A DNA stretch of 63,804 bases, counting the filler, from Phoronis australis (lineage: Eukaryota; Animalia; Phoronida), in the NCBI GenBank assembly GCA_002633005.1. It is 8 parts of 8 records of this genome, joined end to end, with 100 filler letters (N's around TTAATTAATTAA, not from the genome) between each part and the next. Parts side by side here need not be neighbours in the genome. Positions count along the whole stretch, not along the records: positions 1 to 16,670 come from NMRA01000798.1; 7 more parts are not named here. The stretch is one strand, 5' to 3'. The first letter of the stretch is position 1. The number at the start of each line of letters is the position of its first letter. Shown in pieces: positions 1-12,815 of the stretch. The position numbers and the translations under genes are program-made. Below the pieces are notes generated by a model. That model was not told the origin of the DNA. It did not search any database and saw nothing but the letters and a program-made list of their open reading frames with translations.

Positions 1-1721
1 AAAAACATGACCACCTGATCCAGATTGGTACAAACTGGCAAATCAAATTCTACTGGCTTTCCACATGCAGAAGAAATGTATTGTTACTTAATTAAAATCT
101 AGTTTTGTAGATAATTGATTAAGTACATCCAGGATTCTACGAGATCCCTCATAACCTTAACTTTGCTTACTTTTAGAATTTGTAACTACAGTTAGTATTA
201 ATAGTGTATTGTGTGTATTCCTTTTGGTAAAAATGTCGTAATGATGTTGCTCTGAACACAAGACTATGTCATGTAAGGCCGTGGTATTGTTAACTGACTC
301 CTACATGTTGAACATCTTGCCAAGTTCTGACAAGTTGTCATGACGACAATGGTACACAAGTGAAACGTCACAACTGGGAAGAGCTTGAAGATTGGTTGGC
401 GAGGTTGGAATGTTGAATTACATGTCATGATTGTATGTGAACTCAATAAAAGCTGTTTCCTTTTGATATGCAAATAAATCATTGGACTAGTTCCTAGGAG
501 GGACTGAATGATTCTAATCTGTTCTGGTTCGTGATTCCTTTTAACTAAAGGGCACAGTGAAGACAATTTAACTACAATTGTCACTTTTAATGCCACATAG
601 ATGCATCTCGATAATGACAACACCTTTATAACAGTATTAGTTTGTTTGTATACTGTGCTGGTGTTATTTCATTGTAAATGCACAGCACTGAGTTGCAAAT
701 GTTATCCTGCGAACTACAATTTGTCTTTGTGTTACAATGCTTATAGAATAGACTCTTGAGTATCTAATTACATAGGGAATAATAATCTCTCTTGTAAAGT
801 ATTCAACTACCAGGTCAGTCAACTCAATAAGTTTCCAAATAAGGAGGTCAATGCAGTCAAAAATTTGACTTTATTTTACAGGAAGCCTATGTGAACGAGG
901 TTAGTGTCTCGGGAGTGGCTTGCCTTATACAATGCTGCCCTGGAGAGGAGTAACTCTTGTTTCTGTGGTCAAAGTTGTCTTGCATTTGTTTTTATTTTTC
1001 TCAATAATGTTCTGCTTTAAACATTATAGTAATGTCGTTTGTATTTATGTCGGTGATGTGTTCACATGTTGCTGTTATTTCATGTATTTTTCAGTGTGTG
1101 TGTGTGTTCCATATTATTATGATAATTTTTCATTGTTGAGTTTTCTTCGCTTTGCTTTTGTAAATTCTAAACCCTCATGTTGAAAGGTGAGGTAGAAGGC
1201 CATAAAATGTGAATGCTGTTAACATAATGAAATACGAAAATGGTGAACAAATATTGACAATCAGGGTATGAGCACATAATTCATGGGCCTTTAACAAGAA
1301 GGGTGTGTATTTGAAGGAATGTTTTACCATATTAGTGTTTCGCATATAAGTACATGTGCCTAAGTTTCACGTATAGGCACCGACAGTTATCCGTTGTGTG
1401 TGTATGTATGTATGTATGCATGCATGTATGTATCAAAAAACTGACAATCCTCGCACAAATGAAAAAGTTCATATTAATTCGACATTTCGTCTATTCGTTA
1501 GACATCATCAAGATGCAAACAATCAGACATCAAGTGTCGACATACGAGTCAGGTTTCATCCATGAAGTGAAATGAGTGCAACCATAGACTTTACTAATAT
1601 CTATGGTGCAACAACAAGGATGGTCCTGACCACCCCCACACCCGCCCTCGACCCACCGACGACGCCCTCGACCCACGACGCCCTCGACCCAAAACCTTTG
1701 GCAATAGAGGTATCTGTGCGC

Positions 1722-4102
1722 TTTTTATGCGCCCACATATTTATATGTGGGCGGCAGGATCTTAATGAGATTTGGCAGATGTGTTCCTATGAAGCTGACG
1801 ACGGACGACGTCGAATTTTGGATCTCTCCGACTATCGGTGTGCCCCCTGGTGGCAATTTTATTTTTTTACGATTAACTCTGTATCATAGACTCATCTTAA
1901 TACATATGTGATGTCTACTTGATGCTCTGTATCTTCGGAGGTCCTCAACGGATTTTCATAAAATTTAACAGTTAGGCATCTATTAGTGAGATGATGCCAT
2001 CCTGCCGTTTTCGGACAGATTCGGGTACTTTGCGCCATCTAGTGGCCATTTTTACTGTTTTCGAGTCTGTTTTTTTGGCGTCCGCCGTTCTATCAACCAA
2101 TCCACTCTAGGGATGATTTTGAAAATTGGCATTTATGTTCTTACTGTGAAGAGGGCGGCTGACCATGACTTGGACTACTATGGCGCCTCCTAGTAGCAGT
2201 TTTGTTTGTTTTGCGCCCATGACTGTATCTCCTGAATGCTCTATAGGATCTTTATTGAATTTTGCTGAGTGAAGTTGACCGACAACAGAGGATGACGACT
2301 TGCGGACGGATCGGGCTACCGGTGTGCCCCCTAGTTACAATTTTAGTTTTTTACGTTTACCTCTGTATTTTGAAAGGTCGTCAATAGATTTTCATAAAAT
2401 TTGGCAGTTAGGCATTTAATTAGTGAGGTGATACTTTCGTTCGGTTTTCGGTAAAATTCGATGCATTTTGCACCACCTTGTAGCCATTTTTATGCGCCCA
2501 CATATTTATATGTGGACGCATTATGCCGTCATCTCCGTCCGGGCGGCGTCCGTCCGGCGTCCGCTGCTTTATCTCCAAAACCCTTTGACATACGTTCATG
2601 AAATTTGGCACATATGTTCCATTCATGAATGGGACGGCATGTGCGAACTTTCGGACGGATCCGACTACCGGTGTGCCCCCTAGTGGCAATTTTAGTTTTT
2701 TACGCTTACCNNNNNNNNNNNNNNNNNNNNNNNNNNNNNNNNNNNNNNNNNNNNNNNNNNNNNNNNNNNNNNNNNNNNNNNNNNNNNNNNNNNNNNNNNN
2801 NNNNNNNNNNNNNNNNNNNNNNNNNNNNNNNNNNNNNNNNNNNNNNNNNNNNNNNNNNNNNNNNNNNNNNNNNNNNNNNNNNNNNNNNNNNNNNNNNNNN
2901 NNNNNNNNNNNNNNNNNNNNNNNNNNNNNNNNNNNNNNNNNNNNNNNNNNNNNNNNNNNNNNNNNNNNNNNNNNNNNNNNNNNNNNNNNNNNNNNNNNNN
3001 NNNNNNNNNNNNNNNNNNNNNNNNNNNNNNNNNNNNNNNNNNNNNNNNNNNNNNNNNNNNNNNNNNNNNNNNNNNNNNNNNNNNNNNNNNNNNNNNNNNN
3101 NNNNNNNNNNNNNNNNNNNNNNNNNNNNNNNNNNNNNNNNNNNNNNNNNNNNNNNNNNNNNNNNNNNNNNNNNNNNNNNNNNNNNNNNNNNNNNNNNNNN
3201 NNNNNNNNNNNNNNNNNNNNNNNNNNNNNNNNNNNNNNNNNNNNNNNNNNNNNNNNNNNNNNNNNNNNNNNNNNNNNNNNNNNNNNNNNNNNNNNNNNNN
3301 NNNNNNNNNNNNNNNNNNNNNNNNNNNNNNNNNNNNNNNNNNNNNNNNNNATAGGTCTTCAGGTGTATACTTTGTGTTACTTCGTGACTATGAAGGAAAA
3401 GTTCCAAGTAGAAATTTGTTTCTGGCATTCTAATGCTGTGCTAATCTCGTGTGTTGGTAAATTTGTTTTTAATTCTATGTTTCTGTGGTGCTTTAAGCAA
3501 CTGATGTATAGGATGTGCTTGAATTATGAAGATCACTCACATTTTGCCCCTAGCCTATTGAGGAGACAATGACCATGCCTTTCCATTTTGCAAAGTACAA
3601 CATACTACATATATGCCCTCTACTGGCCACTTTATGATACCAATAAACAACCCTAGAAGGATACCGTATGCGGTGCAATTGTGGGCGCATTTCAACGCTC
3701 TGCGTTGCTCTTGTTACTGTTTTCGAGTCTTGTGGTTTGGCGTCTGTCCCTCTGTCAGCCAAACCACTCTAAGGATGATTGTGGAAATTGGCATCTATGT
3801 TCTTAATGTGAAGAGGAAGTCAAGACGATTTTCCGACGACTTTATCTACTTTGGCGCCTCTTAGTGGCAGTTATGTTTTTGCGCTTATAGCCCTTCAGTG
3901 GCAATTTCATTTTTTCGTTTTCATCTGTTTTCACAGAAGTTCCTTGACGGATTTTTGTGAAATTTGGTAAATAGCTGTGATGACAATTGGGATGGATTCG
4001 ACATATTTTGCGCCATCTAGTTGCCATTTTTATGTTCCAAATAAACACCCCCAGAAGAGTTAGTAGTGCATTCGTGGGCGCACAATCTTATTACGTTGCT
4101 GT
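1722..4102 (+). mobile_element. Cluster of Helentron-associated (HINE/DINE-1/pearl-like) non-autonomous repeats
   Basis: 5' end TTTTTATGCGCCCACATA..TATGTGG(G/A)CG hairpin at 1722 and ~2487, followed by a (CGTC)n-like microsatellite (~2534-2564) and tandem core repeats (catgaaatttggca...gtgccccctagtggcaattttagttttt). 3' ends carry the inverted subTIR GTGGGCGCA plus a short palindrome caacgc..gcgttg and ctcttgtt (3681-3715; degenerate copy near 4074). Spans the 640-N gap. Confidence 0.7.
2711..3350. other. Sized assembly gap (640 N)
   Basis: Run of N inside a repeat array. Confidence 0.99.
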
Positions 4103-5175
4103 TTAAGTTTCCCCTAAGACACCTACCCGCGAGTCTGCTCTGGCTGAAGTCATGTAATTAAAAACAAAAAGTGGCGTGAGAACGCCGGTGGTCTTGAATA
4201 GTGCATTGTGAGCGCGCTTTCGTTGTCAAGGAAATAGTTCCACGAGTTAATAAACTTAGGGTGAGAGTACGTTAACGTGAATGTATAGTAAATTCATATT
4301 CTTATTATTTGCCTTGTATTGTATACTCGTTTACAATATACACCATATAACGTTGAAATACTTTTTAGTTAACAGTTCGGTTTTTTTTTTTTCAAACTGT
4401 ATTTACTGGTGAAATTACAGTTTTGTCTGTTTTTGCACTCTCCGCAAAAATGGTCGAATCTGTAATTCACTGAAGAGCTGACGAGACGATTGCACTCTGC
4501 CGGAAACGAAATTTGTAAGGTTGGTAGGTTTTTGATTTGATTTGCTTGCGTTGTTTTTTTCTTTCTGTTTTTGGCTTTCAAACTTGACGAATCGACTGCC
4601 TTAATTGCGCAAAACAGGGAAAAGCCAGCCGACGTCACGGCCTAACTTATTGGTCTTACAAGTCAACGCTTGTTCTGATTCAGATCGAGTCCAGCTTGTG
4701 TATAGATAGGCAACACGTAGTCCCTCGGTTGGCCGGTTCTTTGCTATTTTTTCACTGACGAAATTTTCTTTCTGGTCTTGATTAGTGATATCCTTTAACT
4801 GTTTGTCGCTGCATTTCTAAGATGGTGGAAACTGTGCTGCCAGCCTGGACCAAGGTGGCTCCAAGTCTGCTGATTACGTTGACTTGATTTGGCACCAGTT
4901 TTCTTTTTCTCTATAAAATTGGCTTTTTCTCTGATCAATTCTGGGAGGGAACATTTTTTCTCTCCGGAAAAGCTTTTGGACATTTTTCGCAAATGTCTGC
5001 ACTGATTCTACTACTGTGTGCCAATGTTTCATTGAATCACTTCAATAGTTTCTTTTATGGGTTATACCAGATCGACACAGTAGGGTGGCTTTACTTGTTT
5101 GTAATTATTGTGAACGGACAAGAACGCGAACCGATCATTTTGTGGTGGTACACGCAGAAGATATTGCTTCATCTG

Positions 5176-5576
5176 GGCCCGGTCTCTAATCTTTGTACTC
5201 GAAACGAACTCGAAACTATTTTTGGCAATTTCTCTGCTCCTTTTGTGCGAACTTAAGATAATTAACTATCAGACTGTGCTCGAATACATTATAGTTTATG
5301 CATAGGAGTTTCTAGTTCAAGTTTGCCCTTGAAGACCCTTATATTCGTGCTACAAACTCGAGTAAAAACTCGAAATTTCGAGTTCAAACTCGAACTAATT
5401 GCTTTAATATTGGGTTTACAAACTGTGAACTAAGGGCAATAAATTATCTACGTAAGTTGTTGTGTACTCGAGCATAGAATAATAGACACTTATCTTGAGT
5501 TCGCCCAAAAGTAGAGTAGAAAATGCCGAACCTAATTTCGAGTTCCATTTCGAGTAAAAAGATTGGAGACCGGGCC
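5176..5576. mobile_element. PIF/Harbinger-type MITE (401 bp)
   Basis: About 27-bp TIR ggcccggtctc(t/c)aatctt(g/t)tactcgaaa and its reverse complement; CTG target duplication at 5173-5175 and 5577-5579. Related fragments near 15574-15660 and 28695-28960. Confidence 0.8.
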
Positions 5577-6440
5577 CTGGCATTGCAAAACTGCCAAAAG
5601 TAAGTTTTTGATTTTCAACATTTAGGAAAAAATATGTTCCTCAAGGTTTCCAACTGTAGCTCCACGTCTGCAAATACTTATTGAAAGACAGATAACATGT
5701 GAGCAACAAATAATTTACTCTTTTAGCCATCATAACGGTGAGCCTCCTGAATGAAGAAAGTCGTGGGAAAGGGCGCGCGCGGACTGCTTATGCATTACTT
5801 TCGCATTGGTCGCGAGCTGCATTCTTTTTCCACTGTTATATTCTGCATAAGCGCGAAACATGGACTCCACTCCACTATTGATACTTGCAACCATCTGTTG
5901 TCATTTAGCTAGGCCTAATATTTAACATTATAAAACGTCTCGTACTGTTCAAACGTCCTTGCATATGACAAAAACTGTAATATATTTGCATCTTTTTTGT
6001 CACTGATAATAAATTCGCCCATTCGTGAAGAGAAAACCAAAAAGTCGAAGATGCGCAATTTTTTCTACCCAGTTAGCCAGAGAGCTAGCTGCATGAAGAC
6101 TTACGTCAAAATACAGGGAGGAACCGCTTAGTGTTAACCTCAAATAGAGCGGACTTCCATCACAGCTATTTACGTGAAAACCAATCAAATAAACATTTGC
6201 TTGCACAATTTTCCGCCTTATATAAAAATCTTTCGTCGATTTGAAGCAGTACGCTCGTGACACGCACGCACATCATTTGCTAATTTTGAGACGTTTGTCA
6301 GGAGCTGATGACAAAAAACCGTTAAATTTGCTCAGAAGTTCAGTTTGCTGGCACTGGAATAGTAAAGACTTACAACAAATTGAAACTAATTCCAATAAAT
6401 TGTGACATGTAGCCTACGCAGCCATGTGGAAGAACTGCTG

Positions 6441-9400
6441 ATGCCTTGGATAACGACGTTTAACGCATTCTACTGTTTTCTTTGTAATCAGGTTTACATC
6501 AATTATCGGTTAATGCTACTCCGAAAATCGTCCCTCTCCCCTAATATTTTAGTTGAAGAGCCTGAAAACGTGGGCAGCACATAGTAGTACCGGTAAACCT
6601 TTGTCATACTGTTCTTTTCGTTACGAGATCGTTAAGTATTCTCAAATTGATTCAAGAACTCGAAAATGCCAATTGAACCGTCCGGCACGTTAAGTACTTC
6701 TAATCAATTGTGTTCCAGGCTTCTTTTGCACTGCAGCTCAAGTGATGCTGTTCGATCGTGCTACCACTTCACTGACTATTCGCTTTAAGGTTGATTCTCC
6801 ATCACCGCCCGATAATAATGTGACATGCGCGCCCGTAGATGACTCAGGTAGCCGTGTCTTCGGAGTTGTGGCGAGTAGTGGTGATAGTCAATGGATGTCA
6901 GGAGACTGCTCCGGCTCGGCTTGAAGCCTGGTCGGAAGTACAACGTGATCATAGCCGGCCAAAATCAGAAAACAAATGTTCACGAAGACCAATTGTATGG
7001 TATCGAATTTGTCAATATTAATTTAGAGGTCAAACTTTAAATAAAACGTTAGTAGGCTTACTTGCTTGTAACGAAGTACGCGTTATTCATGTTTTTGTTA
7101 TGATACAGACACGAATGTAAAAAAGAATGGCTTGCATATTTGCAGTAAAGGTCGCCATCATCTCTGCGGAACCTTCCAAAACGGATATCTCTGTCACGTG
7201 CTTACCGCCCACGTATGCCAGTAAAGCGGTATTCCAACTGACGTGCACTCAAGTGAATTCTGGAGAAAAACGCTCCTGGACGCTTGCACGTGACGATCGC
7301 TATCTGAGAGGCACTTGTAAGGGACTGACACCGGGCATTCAGTATCAAGTAGCCGTCTCGACCGTATTCAAAGACGGCCAACTTTACACCACTACGATCA
7401 AAAGTGACATGACAAAAACATGTGCGTATTATTTTGAGATTTTCAAAAAATGTTTGTTCAGGGAAATGTATCTGTGGGTAGCAATAAAGGGCTACAGTGT
7501 CTTTGCCATCGCAGCTCGTCATGCACATCATATAGAGAAACCATAGACATCACGAGATGTCTATGAGAGATACACTCTGAAACGATTATCGCTCACATGG
7601 TCAACTGTATTTCATGCACTGAAGCTCTAGCTAGCGCTACCGACGTCAAAGTGGCAGAAAGGAGTAACGACACTATTTTCATCACGTGGGCACACGCAGT
7701 GGGAAATTTCGACTCCTATCGAGTGGTCTGCAAAGGTCATTCACAGACTTTCACGAAGGTGACACGTGATTTAAGAACTTCATTTACTGGTTTGCTGATT
7801 CCGCTAAGTCTGTATGGAATTCAGATATCCACTTACCTTTCCGCACGTCTATGATATTTTGGGTACGTTGTTTGGAGCTTCTAAAATTTCGGAAAAATCG
7901 CGATTTACTATGCACCAACTTCGAATTTGTTCGTATTTATGTAATGTTTTCGAAACCTCGGTGGTCATGCATTAGAACAAAACGTTTCCCAGGTGTGCAT
8001 ACAACAAAAAGGCAGCAAGAGAGTTAAAACCTAGTAGCCATTTTCCATGTTACTCAGTACGATAACATAACAATGCGCACGAATGTAGTGCGCGTTATTC
8101 TCAATATCTCTGTATAAATTTACGAAGTTTTAAAGCTTGCAATAAAAAAATCTTGCTCGCACCATTTTTCGTCCCTGCAAATCAAAGAGTTCGTCCACTC
8201 ACTGCCAAAGGCACTAAGACAACTGTTCTCATTTCACATCATTACCTCCTTTTTAATTTCTTGGTTGTAGACAATGTGCGTGCCTCATTCAAAGAACATT
8301 TTGCCGGGGAAGCTCTCGTTGACAACGAAGGTTTGTACGTATCAAATGATATAGTACGTAAATTGTTCATGTTTCTGTTAAAATAAATGTAAACCATGAT
8401 GTATTTGATGAAACATAAGAATTTACCTATCAGCAAAATATAGATTGAATAAAAACGAAGAGACGTTTGTCTCAGTGGTACAAGACACTTCCAGCGCTTT
8501 AGCCTGTTTACGGCGTTTACTTCTGTTAGTCTCTATTGACCATTTGCAACCGTCATAAAAAAACTCTTGTATCTCAACTACATTCTTGATGGGTTAACAA
8601 TCTACAGAAAGAAATGTGTCTATTTTGATACAGAAGCCTTTATGAGACACAGTTATGCCCACAAGATAACGCTTCGCATGTTGACTTACGCGGTGAATAC
8701 ATTTTTAGAGGTTGTATTTACGGGTGCTTGCTTTGGGCCGCCTGGAGTTCACCATCGCCTATACGACTGAATTGGTTTCCGAAAATTCGATTCTAATTTG
8801 AAGTCGTTGATTTGCACTCCTACCCAAGATTGCTTCAGTTCACTTTGAGGTTGCTAATCTTGCGGACGAAATTCACTCGGCCCATACTAAAGCCGTGTAA
8901 AAGGCATCGCTAACTCGCTGTAGTAAAAAACCTGTAAGAAGTTTCTATCAAAATAGTATTTGTTTTCTATAGACGGCGATATGTAATAAAGCTCATGGAC
9001 GTGACGTTGAAAAACATTGTGTCTAGCGTTGAATATTATTGAGTGAAGTTGCTGTATAGTGCACACACATGTAATCGTGATGTTTACCCTATTGACAGAT
9101 CCGAACAGCGAGTCATGGCCTTTGAACATCCAAGGTAGAATTGTAACTTATTGTACTGTTTTGTTCTTGCCATCCGTTCGTTATTTTCCTTAGTGGTAAA
9201 GGAATAGTTTACTTCAGACAATTTTGACCGATAAAGTCACTATATGCATGGAAGTGCATCGTGCGCATGAAATTACTGAATACTGTCTAATGTAGGCATG
9301 CGCATTTGGGCAAATGTGCCAGTCCGCGAAGCTGTGCGCATGTCTATAAATGTTGACCCGCCCTCAATTTAGTATGACCTAATTAAAGCTGCCGTAAACC

Positions 9401-11792
9401 CATTCCTTCCCTCAAAGATACTATTTTATTAGGAGCATTTACCGTTATAAGGTTGGTCTTATGGTTATACAGGATCTTATCGACAAGACTATACAATTAG
9501 CCAAACATATAAAAAACTACAGAGTTTAACTGAGCAAAAGTATAATGTGTTTTTTGAAAGTAGAAATTCTGTGCAATGTGATTTATGACTGTCATATATG
9601 CGATTAATTAGGTCACGTGAATATGGATTTTAGTTAAAAGGTAATATAAAGTGTATATTCGTAGCACTACAACAAGATCAGTAACAAGAGCAAATTTCGT
9701 AAGATATAAATGTTCAAGAGCAAACTTAAAAAGCTGTTACAGTTTTATAAATTATCGCTTCGTTTTTCATTCGATGCAGCTTTCAGGCTTTTTTCATAAA
9801 ATCATGAAAGTAGAATATCTTTTGATAGCTCCTCATGCAAAAGTAGAACATTTGTAAATAATTCTTAATAGCATTCACAGAAGAGTGCATAAAGCATATT
9901 ATCTGAAAGTTTCAGGTGAAAAATCATCTCAAATCTGAGTGCTACACTAATTGAGACCATTTTTAAAACAGCAAGCAAGTCTAAGTCAAAAATAATTTGT
10001 TAAAGCGCGGGATTACCCGATTTAAACCTTCTCAAAAACTCGCGTCACGTCCAAGGACTGAACCTTTGTTGTAAACCACTTACTACTATAATGTTGGTCT
10101 CAAGTTTTCCCTTACTAAGATGAAACATGATTTCTGATTTGTCAAAGAACAGTTCGTTATTCCTCGAGACTATGCTCGGCGTATAGATGGAGACGACGTG
10201 ACAAGCCAACTTGTAGTCCGATCTCAGGCACTAAATGACTGTCAGTTCTTTCGTAGTACTGAAATCACCTCTGACTTAACTATTAAGACCAAGTTCATAA
10301 CCGGCATTAGTCTAAATCAAAAGATTTTTTGTGGTGAAAGGTGTACTAAGAATGGGCAGAATGCATGCAGATTATTACGCGAGCATATGCAAGGGATACC
10401 CAGGTGCGCTTAAAACTGAAACTTAGATGCACTTAAATGAACGCAGGTCGGATATAAGCGCAAGGGCTTACCTACGCGGCGCACGTAACCTTGGCTGCGC
10501 TCTTGATTGACTTCGCCGGTTCTCTGGGGTCAACCGGTTAAGACATCTGATTGGTTCTCAATCAATAACAATTCCCGACTTACAGATCAATCGAAAGTCT
10601 TATCAGACCGCAAGATATGTGATCTTGTTTTTGTGACAAAACTTATTCCCTCATGGAAAGGAAACGGTGAATTCTCTCCTGTAATTCAACACTCCAACCT
10701 CGCCGACCATATCCTGATCAGTGGCCACCATTTTGATAGGACAGGCTAGTAAGCTTCGAACCACACTTGTTTTCCACTCAAGTGATTTTGCGATGTCTTG
10801 CGATACCTTGCTTTCCTCGCATGCAACTAGGTTTACGGAACGTTCTTCCGGTGGAACCGGCGAAATAATTGCAGCCATTGTCTTAATATTTGTCCATTGA
10901 CAGGTACGAACAGCGGAGCGGGTCCTATTGATTTCCAAGGTATGAACGATGATTTACAAATTATGATGTTCAGCAACTTATAATGTTTGTTTTTGCACCT
11001 TTTTACCCAACTGATACTCATAATGATCAACACATCTTCTGCTTAAGCAACGTGAACAAGCATCATGTCTATAGTTTGTTATTTTTTTCCCAAACAGAGG
11101 TCGAAATGCCCGACGAATACCCCATCGCTAACGAACGAGAAAAGTACGAAAAAGATGGGTACTGCAGGAGCATGGATAGTTTATATATATGTGTTACTCT
11201 TGTATAATTGCAACGTCCGACCATGCGTCATTTTAAAGTCTACTCTGACATCAAAACGCATTTAATTTCCATGAAATAAACAGTAGTAGCCGATTTCATA
11301 AATGTTGCTTACAGTTAAATCTGGTTTAAATTGTACGTGGACCATGTTCAGGAATACGTGGTTTTGATGACTCATCTTTATGAATTCGGCTGCAAATGTT
11401 CTGTCCTAAAACCGCTGCTCTGTGGTCAGTTTCGCACAACGAATAGTAGACCCCCGTTGTTGTTCCCTTTAGAAAGGATTGGCGCGGAGCTTGCGTCTGC
11501 GAAAGGTACAATTGGCTGGGTCGCGCCTGTGACTCTTATTCTCGTAACCATGATACTTCTGGCGACCTTGGGGATCATACACCGCTCAATGCAACTCAAG
11601 GCAAAAGAACTGAATGTGTGGGAGTTTGAAAAGCTGTCCTCCGAACTCGAGGTGGCGCTCAAATCTAATAATATGGAACACGTCGAGCAGGTCTTGGTCC
11701 CATATCTTGAAGTGGCTGCTAGCACACAGAGAGTTTTCAAACCCGCTGCTCAAAGAGTCAATCAAAATTGTGGAGATCATGTTGTGACCTGA
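6441..11792 (+). pseudogene. Single-pass membrane receptor with three fibronectin type III exons, mini-exons, TM segment and short helical tail; frame-disrupted
   Basis: Phase-1 exons: 6441-6483 (signal-peptide-like MPWITTFNAFYCFL), 6719-~6999 (FN3; GLKPGRKYNV restored by removing a CGGCT duplication at 6912-6921), 7146-7421 (FN3; CKGLTPGIQYQVAV), 7625-7854 (FN3; ITWAHAVGNFDSYRV..FTGLLIPLSLYGIQI, ends in TGA), mini-exons 8271-8330, 9099-9134 and 10904-10939, and 11473-11792 with TM VAPVTLILVTMILLATLGII. Confidence 0.7.
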
Positions 11793-12694
11793 GATTATTT
11801 AGTGGTATATTGAAATGAAACAAAAGTTCTATATCTTAGCCACGTTTGATCTGTCTTTTCTTTCTATTACCGCGCAAAACATCTTTTGCCATCGTTTTTT
11901 GGTACTGAACATAAAACCCATAGATTCCGTTCTCTTCTGCATAACGTCTAAGCATGAGACATCTAAATCGAGGATTTCATCTACGGACCTGGTTGTCGTT
12001 TTTCAAATGCATTGGGGTCGGTTTTCAGTTTGTAAACCGATGACATCACGGACAACTTGTGCACGTGTAGTTAGTTCCAGCTTTGCAGCTGGTAATCTGC
12101 TTCCTGTAAGCAGTTAAGTCCCGGACTGTTTTCACTTCCTCGGAAAAGTCCGGATCTATACCTTGAAGGATCCACCATTTTGAAAACGTTGACGAATAAT
12201 CCCGGTGAATGATTTGACCGAACGATTATATTCATTGGCCCTTTGTTTTAAGCTGGGAGTGTCCACCTGTGGACAAAGGTTTGTTTGTCAATGGAAAATC
12301 CTCAGATTTGTTCGGTTGTTACGTAAATAATCAAGACTTTCACGGTTCATTTCGAAATATCTGGTATGCTTGACTACGAAATCTAACAATATACGCCCGT
12401 CTGCTACGTACAATTATGGGATAACCTCATTGTCTTCTGTATATACAGCGTAATTCTTCTGCTGGCGGAGAATAGCTCGTTCTTGTCCAGCTATTGTAAT
12501 ATGACCAAACCATCGTGTGGATCGCAAAGCGTGAAGATATAGAGGTGCTCACAAGCAATGAAAATTTACCATTAGGGTGCCGCAGTAATCAGATCCGTCC
12601 AAAAATCAACAACACCAGCTGCACTCTAATCGATAGGAACACATGTGCCAAACTTGATAGCGACCCATCAGGAACGTGTTTGACATTAATGCAA

Positions 12695-12720
12695 GCACAC
12701 GCAAACACACACACACACGC

Positions 12721-12758
<38 letters not shown>

Positions 12759-12815
12759 GCACGCACACACACGCGTACGCACACACACACACACGCACGC
12801 GCAAACACAGTCGCA
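12695..12815. repeat. Compound (CA)n/(CACG)n microsatellite
   Basis: Direct reading; explains the spurious HT/CV-repeat ORFs. Confidence 0.97.

Noticed and set aside
882-899. Possible 18-nt micro-exon (ttttacag|GAAGCCTATGTGAACGAG|gttagt)
   Set aside because: Splice signals are plausible, but no partner exons can be identified in the window
2598-3572. Long ORFs of 240-324 aa in the ORF track
   Set aside because: They run through the 640-N gap, and the flanks are non-coding HINE repeat
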